The notes beneath the pieces were generated by a model that saw nothing but the letters and a program-made list of their open reading frames with translations, was not told the DNA's origin and searched no databases. Position numbers and translations under genes: made by a program. A DNA stretch of 30,448 nucleotides, taken from positions 62,001 to 92,448 of the forward strand of contig QPGO01000234.1 in assembly GCA_008632985.1 (NCBI GenBank), in the 5' to 3' direction. This DNA is from Psammoneis japonica (taxonomy: Eukaryota). Positions 10,701 through 21,400 of this stretch are shown in pieces (the first letter of the stretch is position 1; each line of letters starts with the position of its first letter).

Positions 10701-13163
10701 TGCGGATCCGTGCAGAATTTGTGCAACCTGTGTGGAAAATTTTCTGAGTCAGCAGAAAATTGCAAGAAATGAAAACCAGTGTGCAACCAAAAGGCCACAA
10801 CACCCATCATTTTCCACTGATGAACATTGCTCATCATGGTGCAACAAGGATGCACCACTGGCAAACATGGACAGAATGGGCTTTTTGGAGCCAAATTGAC
10901 ACCTTCTGAGAAGGGCAACATCAGTGCAAGAAGTTGTGTAGAAACCCACATAAAAGCTGGGGGCATGCAGCTGACATCAAAAAGCATCTGCTGCACGTCA
11001 GATTGCACCCAAGGATTGAGTGCAAAAGACAAAAGTGCTGGACTCATGTCATGCTCAACCATCTCAGATGGCACAGTGCAGTTGCTTGACATTCAAGAAA
11101 ACAGCTGTGCAGCATCTTCCCCCTCATTTTGTCTCTTCTAATTTGAGCAACAGTGCAATTGCAGTCATTGGCAATTGGTTCTAAACAAGAAACAGTGACA
11201 AACTTGTGACACCACAGAAAAGAGAACAGTGTGCTGGAGCAAGGCTGTGGCTGAGTTGTTGAAAGAGCCATGCATTGTGCACTTGCCTCAATTTGAACAT
11301 TCTGAACTTGAGCAAGTGAAGCTCACAACCCAGCATGTGAAGATGGTCATGCTGCTGAAACCAAAAAAATGTGCCATTGTTTTCATGGCACTCATGCTCC
11401 TGGCATCAAAGTGTCATTGATGGTTGAAAATCATGTTTGCAAGGTGGGGCAACCAAATTGGACTTTGTTGCTGGACCAGAGATTGTCCACAATTTTGAGG
11501 AAGTGCTGGTGCATTTGCAATGACAAAGCATGTCATCATGCTGTGAAAAATCTTTGCTGCCCCAAAAACACCCCCCTCGGTTCTGAAGTTCAGGCTCATG
11601 TGGGGCTGAGGAGAGACCTCTTGAGCCTTTCTTTGGGCCAGCTCACTCCCTGGCAACAGTCTGTGAGTCAACAAGGCCCAGAAGAAGATGGCAATGTTTC
11701 ATTGTTTTCTTTTTGATTGGCATGGGATGCACGCTTGAGCTGGATGTCTGACAGCTGTTGATGACATTGCGCAAAACATGAGAGCAACCTCACAACAAGA
11801 AATTGTTTGCATCAGATTGAAGTGAAAAAAAAAAGAGCAAGTCATCATCCAACAAGCAGTGCAAGGGCAGCCCTTCTTTTGAGAAGAAAATGAATTGAGA
11901 CAGAAGCAAATGCATTGATCTGGAAGCTGAGTGTCCCACCCATGCCAACCATGGTTGCGTGTGGAAAGAATTTGCAGTGTGGATCCAGTTGCGAGCACAA
12001 GCCACCATTGCCCCAAGCAAGACCTCTGGGCAATGGTGGTTGTGGTGACCAAAGAGGCCATGGCAGCTAACAAGGTCAAGAATGTGGCTGCATCCCCCAT
12101 TGAAGAAATGATGATGGCAGTGATGCCTGCCACTTGCAGTGCCAAAAACACTTGAAGACCTGGCAATCTGGCTGGATTGGCTCCTCCCAGTGATCAGAGC
12201 ACAGCTTTCCACCATTTTGATGACACAAGAGATGGGTGTGGATGTGATCAAGGTGGTTGTGGTCCTCACAGCAAACAGCTGCTTGCACAGGTTTGCACTC
12301 TTGAGTCTTTCCTTGGGATGCCTTCCCCCATCTTGAGGCGAGCATGCTGGCGACATGTCCTTCCAAATTGCAGCTGCAGCCTGTGATTTGATTCTGTGTG
12401 TTCTGCTCAAAAATGCAGGGCTGCTCCCTGCTGAGTTTGACAAATCTCTGAGCAAACTGAGATGGATCCATGGCACACTGGCAGAGCGTTTCATCATGCA
12501 TCATGCACGCAGCTGCTGCGATTTGACGTGTGTTGGCTCAAGAATTTCCTCTCGTGCAAGCTGGCATCAACTTGAACTTTTGACACAGCATGATGAAATG
12601 GCTCGACTTGAAAACAGTCATGAAACAATTTTGCCATTGGAAAAGAGACAGCAGAGTCAGCTGGATGTGTTGTGGACAACAGCACAAAAAGGGCAACGAA
12701 GAATGTGAAGAAGGACTTCAGCACAAGGGGAGAGAGCTGCACCTCGGATGCTGAGCATGGCAAGGTGTCTCCATCAGAAGCGCAGCAGCTTAGCATCATT
12801 TGTAAGAAGAACAAAAGGCAAAATTGCAAGCAGCATTGCCTCAACATTCTACTCCATTGTTTGATGGCAGCGCCTTGGCAAAACACTGGGCAAAAAGATT
12901 CCCAATTGCGCGCAGGCAGAGCTTGGCGTTTTAGCGCCCACTGTGCTTTCACACAAAATGCCATACTAAGTTATTACACACAACATGAATGAATATATTT
13001 AAACAAGGGCGATGATTGTCCGTTGTCCGCGCTCACATTTTGCAGTGCATGTTCTCAACGGACCCACCACCAAATAAAAAATACTCCTATGCATCGTCTC
13101 CAACACCCCTTGGTTCATTGAAAGGTATCTCTATCACTACAGCGCTCTTGAACCATTATTGTC

Positions 13164-14189
13164 ATGCCGATAAAGAGACCTAGAAGACTGAGAATATGCG
13201 TTGCTTTCATCTCTTCCGTCGCGTACACCATCTACTTTCAATACAACCTTGAACACTCTGTACTCGAAGGTTCATCGAGGAAACAACACAATGTTTATCT
13301 CGATGTCCCAGTTCATTCTTATAGTGCTCGCACATCATCCCTTCATAATACCGCAGTGAACTCAACAAGGCCTCGATATGTTCCCTTTTTTGTCGGAGGT
13401 GGCCAAGGTACAACGGGGACAAATTCTATGCACAAGGCAATGTGCGAGCTTGGAATTCCGTCTGTCCATTTCAAATCCGCTTGCTTCAAAGATGCAAAAA
13501 GTGGAAATGTTCGAAGCAAAGAAGCAGAGGAAGGTATCGAATGGCACTATCGAGTAGTAGATGACGTGATTGCATCAAAGTTGTGCTTTGTGGATCAGAA
13601 CTGTTCGTTTGCGCAAGGGATAAGAATATTGGAAAGCCTGAAATACAACGTGGCGAAGGTTGTGACCAGTGGCCTAATGGCGGTGCATGATACTCCGTAC
13701 CCGTACCTGTTGCCATACATATTGGAAGTGTTAGAAAAGGAGCAGGGAGGTAGACCGATCATTCTCTATTCCGAGAGAGACATAGACGAGTGGGTAACGA
13801 GGCGGACAACAGGTCATCCACGCCTTACTGTTTTGAGACATGACGAACATCACGCTTTTGACTACAGTTATTGGTTACGGATTTTTCAAGAAGGTGGTCC
13901 AGAAGAAAAATGTCATAATATATTTCATAGCTACGCTCAGCATCGGTCTTCCAGAGAAGCTGAGCAAGAATTTTTAGAGTACTTCAAGAAAGCTGCTACC
14001 CACCAACATGAAGCGGTTCTTGCGTTGAAACCAGACTTTCGAATCAATCTATTCATTGCCAACCCTCCATTGAACACGTCAATGTTGGCCACGGAAATAA
14101 GGAATGCGACAGCTACAAAATTTCCCTGGGAGAAATATCCTCAATTTGGAACATCTTTAGAGAATGGTAAACGAAACATGAGAAGGTAG
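13164..14189 (+). CDS. Type II membrane (Golgi-type) P-loop sulfotransferase-like protein, 341 aa, intronless
   Basis: Basic N-terminus plus one transmembrane anchor. PAPS-binding-like loop VGGGQGTTGTNSMHKAMCELG, then AVHDTP and ILYSERDIDEWVTRR, as in Sulfotransfer_4-type proteins. Confidence 0.8.
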   Translation: MPIKRPRRLRICVAFISSVAYTIYFQYNLEHSVLEGSSRKQHNVYLDVPVHSYSARTSSLHNTAVNSTRPRYVPFFVGGGQGTTGTNSMHKAMCELGIPSVHFKSACFKDAKSGNVRSKEAEEGIEWHYRVVDDVIASKLCFVDQNCSFAQGIRILESLKYNVAKVVTSGLMAVHDTPYPYLLPYILEVLEKEQGGRPIILYSERDIDEWVTRRTTGHPRLTVLRHDEHHAFDYSYWLRIFQEGGPEEKCHNIFHSYAQHRSSREAEQEFLEYFKKAATHQHEAVLALKPDFRINLFIANPPLNTSMLATEIRNATATKFPWEKYPQFGTSLENGKRNMRR

Positions 14190-14484
14190 TGGTCTTGAGA
14201 GCGGCAATGAACACGTGGCTTAAAGTAGGCATAGGTAGGCTGCTGAGTCAACATTGGATCAATCGCGCGACTAAAATAAACTAACATATATGACATGTAC
14301 TATAAAATGTTCACTCTGGCGTTTCGAGAGGATACCAGCAGACGTATGTACTGATGCCTGCTATCGAATCGCTTCGCTGATACTCATTCGAATAAAGAAC
14401 GCAGCACTTACGGTTTTCGGACAATCATGGCTTTACGTAGAAGGAAAGAATCACGGCATCTGATTCTCGACGGAGTAGCTTAGT

Positions 14485-17400
14485 TTAGCAACCTGACCTG
14501 GTTGAGCACTCCTTTGGACAAACCTCCGACATAACTTTACCGGTCTTTCGTTCAGTCAGGTCACAGAACTTATTCTGGTTCTTTGCTATCCGGGAACAGG
14601 GTACAAGCCTGATCATGTGAGGAGATTTTCCCACACCGCTGTACTCTACTAAAGTTGTGGGATCATTGTCACAGCGAGGCCCAGATCTAGGCTTTGGTCG
14701 TGGGATTTCTTCCTTTCCACAACCCGTAACAGTGGAACACTGATCTGAGCAGACATCCGACATCTTTTCGCCGGTAATTCTTTCTTTCAAGTCACAGAAT
14801 TTGGGCTGGTTCCTTGCAATCCGACTGCAAGGGACCAGTCTGATCATATGAGGACTTTTCCCCTGGCGGATGAACATACAAATGAAGGATACGGCATGAT
14901 GAGTGGTCATCAAAATTATTGAGTGGTCATCAAAATTATTGCATGCACTTGGAAGAGACTCACCACTCCAGTGTATTGTACCAATCTCTCGGGATCATTA
15001 TTACATGCCCCTAGTTTGTCAATGCCAGAAGGTTTTGTCAATTGAGGATCTGTGGGCTTCGGAGTGGGCTGAGGCGTTGGCTTTAGGGTAGGAGGGGGCG
15101 TTGCTTTGTAAGTAGGAGGTGGCGTTGGTGCTGGTCTACTGGCCGATCCACCGTCACTACATCCCGTGACCGTGGAACACTGGTCTGCGCATACTTCTGA
15201 CATCTTCTTACCAGTCAGCTTTTCAGTCAAGTTACAGAATTTTGGCTGGTTCTTTGCAATCCGACTGCAAGGGACCAGTCTGATCATATGGGGACTTTTC
15301 CCCTGGCGGATGAACATAAAGGATACGGCATGATGAGTGGTCATCAAAATTATTGAGTGGTCATCAAAGTTATTGCATGCAGTTGGAAGAGACTCACCAC
15401 TCCAGTGTATTGAACCAATCTGGCTGGATCATTATTGCACGCCCCTAGTTTGTCAATGCCGGAAGGTTTTATCAATCGAGGATCTGTTGGCTTCGGAGTG
15501 GGATGAGGGGTTTGCTTGTGAGTGGGTTGAGGCGTTGGCTTTGGAGTAGGGTGGGGCGTTAGCTTTGGGGTAGGGTGGGGCGTAGGAGGAGGCTTAGGAG
15601 AAGGCGTAGGAGCTGGACCTGTATCGTTGTCACCACCATCAGCGCCGCAACCCGAGATTAATGGGCATTGGAGTGGACACACATCCGCGATCGTTTTGCC
15701 AGTGATTCGTTCCTTCAAATGACAGAATTTTTTGGGATTCTTGGCAATTCGAGCGCATGGAACTAGCCTAATTTCATCAGGATTGAGGCCAACTCCAGTA
15801 TATTCCACCAGAGTTGCTGGAGAATTATCGCACCCTATAGATAAACCTTTTGGCTTCGTAGAAGTTGGTCTATCACCTTCTCCAAGTAAGTCAACCGTGA
15901 CAGTCATAGTACTGCTTACTTCACCAACTTCAATGCTGATTCCAGTCCATTTTTCTTTCCCTGTAGAGTATGAGTTGGTGTTTGGGTAGCGCGATCTCCC
16001 ACCACCGTTCTTCATTATTCCGTCGGGGCCGATGCTATAAGCGATTGACGAACCCTTGAGGTACTTTCTGGATGGATCAAATTTAAAGAGATCCGTTTCG
16101 TCACCCCAGTTCTCATTCTTCTCGAGGTGGTACTCACCGTCAGCTTGCAACAATGCTACACGGTAATGTTTGTACGGCCACGCGGTGTCACCTGGATACC
16201 CTTGAGATTTGTGGCTGATGTGCGACATAGTTCCTGTTTCGTCAATGTGCCAAATTGCTATTCCACCCCTGTACTTTGGAATGCCGGCGCGATCATTCAG
16301 CTCAGCATCAAAACCACACCCATATTTATGTTCGATAAGGAGATACTCGTTGTTTGGCATATTGTGAGTGATTTTGTATACCTTATCGAACGAGCAAGAT
16401 GGACCAACCTTGAGGACTGTTGACTTGGTAACTTTTTCCACATTGACCCAACGGAGCGACAACTTGCACCAAGCTCCGAGAAGAGGGGGAAACCGCTGAT
16501 TTCCTCCCCACCCCCATGCTTGTCCTAAATATAGAGAAAGTTGCCATGAAAATTGCATAGTCAGAAGAACTTTTCGAGGAACGCATGAAACATTGATAGA
16601 TGCTCTCACCCATCATATCAAATTTCCCGACACCTGTTGAATCAGTGTCGTATAGATCAGGCAGTCCCAGAAAGTGACTACATTCAAGCATCAAAAGCTG
16701 ATCAGAGAACCTAGCTCGTCGACACATCAGTGATACCAACCACGACACTCCACGCTGAATCACTTACCTACACTCGTGCGCTATCACGCCTGAATGTTCA
16801 ATCATAAAAGGCTGATTAGAGAACCAAAGATCTTTGAAACAAGTGATGCCAATCATGCCACTTCACTCTGAAAACCTTACCAATGTGCGCTATTTCCCAC
16901 CTCGTTCCTTTCCCTTCAGGAGGGCAGCTCCCCCAGATACCAGAAGCAACGTAGTATCGGTCAATTGTTATTCCATCCTTGCTCCTGAAGAACTTGCCGT
17001 TGTGTGCGTGCGACCATATTCTCTGTTCAATGCTTTTCTTCGTATTTTCACAATCAGCACCGCCGAACTCCGAGCCCGCTCCTGAGTGCAAAACAACGAC
17101 GGCGTCAAAAAACTTGTTTCCATCCCTATCAAACTTTCTCAAATCAATGTCGCGTTTATTATCAAGATAAGTCATGGCTGCTCGCCATGTCTCGAGGGTA
17201 CCTGGCCGTGCCAGACCCCTTCTATCACCGACTGCATGCGCTTCTGTGAATTTCACTGGTATCCACGGAGTCACGATGGTTTTCAATTTGAATCTTCCAT
17301 AGGAATTCTGCAAAAAGACATCGGCGACCGAACCGGTAGGAGCGATGTTGCTCTTGCCCGTAGTCCCGCCAACTTTGTTAAACAGAGTGTCGTAATCGGT

Positions 17401-17901
17401 TGTTGTTGGCAAATCACGAGATGCGTGGTCAGAAAACCTCACCATCACGGCAAGATTTAGCAGCTCGCAAGGATTGGACTTTGAACTTTGAAAGTTGCAT
17501 AGTTTGCTTCCCGGGACCTCCAGTAGCCCCCGGTGCTCGACGGTATGATCAAATTCGGAATACGGAGACTTGGTATGTTCCATGTCGTCTTTGCTGTCGT
17601 CAGTCAGATGGGGTTGTAAACCGAGCTTTTTCGGATTCGCTTTCCCAACTCGTGCCCCACTCGAAACAAGAACGCCACTTTCTTTTCGAGCATAGACATA
17701 CCATCCCCGTGTATCTTGAATGACTGTGTAGCCTTTCGGATCCTCCGTCCAACTGTAAAACTCATCCCCTAGCAGTTTGAGAGGAGGGGTTTCAGACCCG
17801 TCGGGCTGCTGATATTTTGAAGGTGTCGGATTTGCGGGGATGGCAAAGCAGCAAGCAGCCAAAGCCGCCGCAAGAAATAGCCACAACGTGATTTCTCTCA
17901 T
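14485..17901 (-). CDS. Secreted M6-family (immune inhibitor A-like) zinc metalloprotease with four C-terminal Cys-rich modules; 6 exons (17901-16881, 16789-16768, 16677-16610, 16524-15398, 15302-14964, 14862-14485; 984 aa)
   Basis: Signal peptide; pro-region QPDG..LLGDEFYSW; VVLHSGAGSE and IWSH motifs. Spliced IGVIAHECSHFLGLPDLYD (HExxHxxGxxD), FDMMG Met-turn, EYLLIE and GIAIWHIDE. All five GT-AG introns join in phase (2955 nt). Confidence 0.92.
14488..15832 (-). repeat. Four copies of a ~62-aa six-cysteine module separated by Pro/Thr linkers (15647-15832, 15159-15439, 14719-15005, 14488-14673)
   Basis: Consensus C[DN]N[SD]PxxLVxY[ST]GVGxxPxxIRLVPCxRIAxNxxKFCxLxExxTGxxxx[DE]VCxxxCxxxxGC. Copies 2 and 3 each carry a near-identical intron. 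Confidence 0.92.
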
Positions 17902-18399
17902 GGTTCTTGCAGTTGCACGAGAGAAAGTGTGGATGATTACAACTGAAAAAGTGCGTGCGGTCATTTTTTCAAAGAGTGTGCCTGTTCGGGGAAAATTTAG
18001 GAAATTTAGAAATTTGAAGTGTATTAGGCAGACATACTGAACAATATGTTTGAATCAATTTATGTATGTTATAAATTAAGATTATTTAAGAGCATGTTAT
18101 TTTCGTATCGTGTCCGTATGACCAAGACAAAGTGAAAAAAGTTTAGCATGGAAATTTTTGTTCCGACCTCCGTCCTATGATATTTTATGCTTTTACACAC
18201 GTCATTTCTACGAGGTTGTATATAATGTAATTATGAGCAGCAGTTTGAACGGACATTGGCATTCTTTGATATATAAACTTTTGAATAAAGATAGGGTAAT
18301 GTACCGGTGTTGAATGACCTAGGGAATGACCGCTTTCGTCGTGTTCCCCCCTCATTTTTTACGTCGTTCCGGCACCCAGCACCCGCCAATAATTTGAAG

Positions 18400-19390
18400 G
18401 GTCCAATCCAATCCAATGAGCAACCACAACGACAAGCTGTCCACAGAGGTCCAGGAGACATGCGTAACAAGGTCTTTGGTCATGGCACTTTATTCAGTGC
18501 TCTGAATGTGCAAAACCAAACACTGCGTCTGGCAACCAGCAGAGGTCCTTGAAACAATGTGCAAAAAACAACAACAGCCCAAAAATCATCTTGTTTGGGT
18601 TTGTGCACAGTGTGGCAATGCCTCAAGCACCAAATTAAGAGATGGGCATTGAGCAGTTGCAAAGATTGCTGCTGTCGCTGGCAGCTGCAAACAAACTGCT
18701 TCTGAGCTGGTGCGCACCACACACCACAATGGGGCATTTTGTTGCATCATGATGTGTGTGCACACTCAATTTTCTCACAGCATGCTCTCATCATTTCATG
18801 CCATTGTGGACACCCAGTGCTGCACACAAGACAAAATGTGCCGAGGAAGAAGTTTGAGAATCACCCAAGTGCTCAACAAGCTCTTTTCTTGCTCTTGCAG
18901 CACTTGGCTTCTTTGTGCTGGTGAGAGTTGTGATGCACTGTGTGTCTGTCATGTTCATGGCACCAGCGCACACAAGACATCATGTGCGCTGTGTTTTTGA
19001 CAAAATGAAATGTGGGCCTCAGGTGTGTTGCCCTGCTGCAGCCAGGGCTCAAGCCCAATCAGCAGCACGCTGAAACCAAACCACTGAGATTGTGCAGAGC
19101 TGTCAACTTCAATCTTTTTTTTCACAAGACACGCCAATTTTTTTGTCTCAGCACAGCCAATCATTTTGTCTGCTCTCTGCTGCCCACTGCAGCTTTCTCG
19201 AGAGAGGCCAAGCTTTCATCATCTTTCATTTTTCCCTGTCAAAACCTGTGTGATTTTTTGCTTGAGGAAAGAACTTATAGAGACTCTCTCTGCTGTAGAG
19301 GGTGTGGCAGCTGGGCTAGTTGACCTTGTTGTGGAGAGAGAGCATGGACGAGGTTGGATGCTGATTGAGCAGCCAAGCAGCAGTCGCACG
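18400..19390. mobile_element. Small TpA/CpG-depleted decayed repeat island
   Basis: Same CA/TG-rich, TA-poor signature as 4.2-12.9 kb, lying between two divergent genes. No termini or domain recognised; boundaries approximate. Confidence 0.6.
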
Positions 19391-19518
19391 GTTCGGCCAT
19401 GCGCGCACATGATGGAAAACGCGCGGATTCTGGTTCAAGCTGATGTCATCAAAGCGTACGATTCTACATACGTAATAGTCTCGTAGGAACCGTACTAAGA
19501 GAGAAAAATAGCCTGAAA

Positions 19519-21247
19519 ATGGCGGGAAGCGTCTTGACAGAACACACCAACACACCAACAAAAGCACAACACCTCGAGACGGTCGAGAAGTTGGGAAAGA
19601 TGGCGGCCCTCAATCGCCCTACCGAGGCGACGTATGTTGTCCATGAAAATGTCACGGCTGATACAGCAGGTAAAGTGGCCTTTGAATTGATGATCGAGTG
19701 TCAGTAGTTGAAAACCAGCTTTTGTATTGTTGAGGCGATCTTTTGATGACTGCCTTTTTTCCTGCGTCAGAACCTCGTACTGTTCTACCGAGAATTCTCC
19801 GCGGAAGAATTAGCGGCGTTGATTTTGATGTGCAGACTTACCCCGTTTTGTGTTTTCTTGATGCTTTCCTTACTTTGTAGACCATGAGGATCACACATTC
19901 TGGTAAGTTTCGTGAAATGTGACTCCCACGACACGTGCTCGCAAAAGGAAAATCTAACAAGTTACTGCTTTTGTGTTCTTTTTCAGTGGCATTATGTTTC
20001 CTGTCAAGTGCAAGGAGCTTCTACCTCTGGATCATGTTGTGATTCATAGCATAGCTGTACGGGGTCGTTTAGGTCCATTGACCGTGTGGGTCTCCAACGA
20101 AGACCAGCCAGCTTTCGGCAACAACAACAACGACGGCCGGGTGCGGGTTCCTCTCTCCCCACGATTCTGGACAAAGGTTTACGAGAAGACCCATAAGCCC
20201 TCGGTGCGCACATTCAAAGAATTAGATCTTCGAAGCAATCCCGTTGTTCTCCGACCTGGACAAATGCGTGTCATTTACATTCACTCTACTCTGGAAGGAG
20301 ACGAGGCGATTGTGTATGATAATCGTCGTTCCGATCGTACCTACAATGATTCGCTCCTCTCCATATTGCCCGGACGCGCCCATGTTTCGGAAACGGTCTT
20401 TGGAACGCAGCCCATTTGGGGCTGGGGAAACGCGTGGAGAGACAATCGCGAGTTTGTCGGACGCATTGAATTCGGGGCCGTGTACAAGCTCTGGAATCCA
20501 GTCACGGCCAATCGATTTGGGAGCAAGTTCCAAAGTTTGGTGCGAACCCTGTTTCTTTGTCAGCGTCGCTGGGAAAGTCCCTGGAGCAAGTTGCCAGATG
20601 ATTGCATCTTTTACATTATCAACATGTTACGGTGGGACTGGGCCGACGATACTCCGCAAGACATGCGGGAGCTCCGAAACAGGAGAAAGCTGCGGCTGCG
20701 TGAGGAAGCGGAGGAGGCCGAACGCATGGCTGCTGTCCAAGAAAGTGAGCAGAATGCACAAGAATCTGCCCCACCCGTGGCCTCAATGCCCACCGATGCT
20801 GTGGGGGAAGAGTCCCAGGCCGGTTGCTGCTCCAAAGCCTGCCGTCAGTCCAAAGAGGATGATAACGACAGTGACTACATCGATGCTGACGACGATCAGG
20901 ATGATGATGACGGAGATGAGGACTACGTTGATTCAGAAGCCGGCGAAGAAGACCATGATGCAGAAATGCAAGAAGCCCTAGTTGTCGAGTACGAAGAGCT
21001 TGCCGACGAAGATGAGGGAGACGACGATGACAGTGAATGGGACGAAGACCCCGATTACAACGCACGCGTCGACATGTTTGTCTGCAGAGACGATAGTTCG
21101 GACGAGGAGGATGCCGCCGACGACGATGCAGCTCACGAGCAGACAAGAAGAGAGTGGATGCGCCGTCAGTTTGCGAGGATTCATGTCTTGAGGGCCTTGG
21201 CTGCCTTGGATGACGGTAATGCCGTTGTAGATATGGATTTTTCCTAG
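19519..21247 (+). CDS. Hypothetical protein with long acidic C-terminal tail, 3 exons (19519-19669, 19881-19902, 19987-21247; ~477 aa; alternative start at 19600)
   Basis: Introns GTAAAG..TAG and GTAAGT..CAG join in phase to give ..ENVTADTADHEDHTFCGIMFPVKCK... Long open exon 3 with a globular domain followed by a D/E-rich tail. Confidence 0.8.
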
Positions 21248-21400
21248 AGCTTGGGCGACGACAAGTTTTTACATGATTTGATTGTCCATTAGAGATGAAA
21301 ATTTAAATAGTAGTACATGTTGTATACACTACACGCTTTTCTTGCCAATCAGCATTACTAATAAAAGTATGAGGTTGTTGGTTCTTGTCTGCTTTACCAG

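Larger units (their letters stand above)
4200..12950. mobile_element. Island of heavily decayed repeat/transposon-like DNA depleted of both TpA and CpG; element families not identifiable
   Basis: Abrupt switch to CA/TG-rich sequence with only ~30-35 TpA (by eye) in ~8.7 kb and very few CpG. Translations are rich in Cys/His/Gln/Trp and almost Tyr-free. No intact reading frame. Boundaries are approximate and TE origin is inferred by analogy with the 23-30 kb island. Confidence 0.7.

Noticed and set aside
11369..11520. MCHCFHGTHAPGIK resembles a PARP/ADP-ribosyltransferase FHGT motif
   Set aside because: No downstream G.G.Y motif is recognisable, and the CA/TG-rich composition makes H/C/T motifs common by chance.
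4299..12992. Dozens of overlapping 60-235 aa ORFs on both strands (also at 18.4-19.4 kb and 23.2-30.4 kb)
   Set aside because: By-product of TpA loss, which removes TAA/TAG stops. The Cys/His/Gln-rich, Tyr-free products are not credible proteins.
14901..15374. Short direct repeats gagtggtcatcaaaattatt as a CRISPR-like array
   Set aside because: They are adjacent tandem pairs inside duplicated spliceosomal introns, with no spacers or cas genes, in a eukaryotic context.
18292..18320. TA-GGGTAATGTACCGGTGTTGAAT as a possible TIR for the 18.4-19.4 kb island
   Set aside because: No inverted partner found near 19.4 kb or elsewhere in the window.
20244..21146. Alternative-frame and antisense ORFs (245 aa +, 175 aa -) over the 19519-21247 gene
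   Set aside because: Shadows of a GC-rich, codon-biased real CDS.
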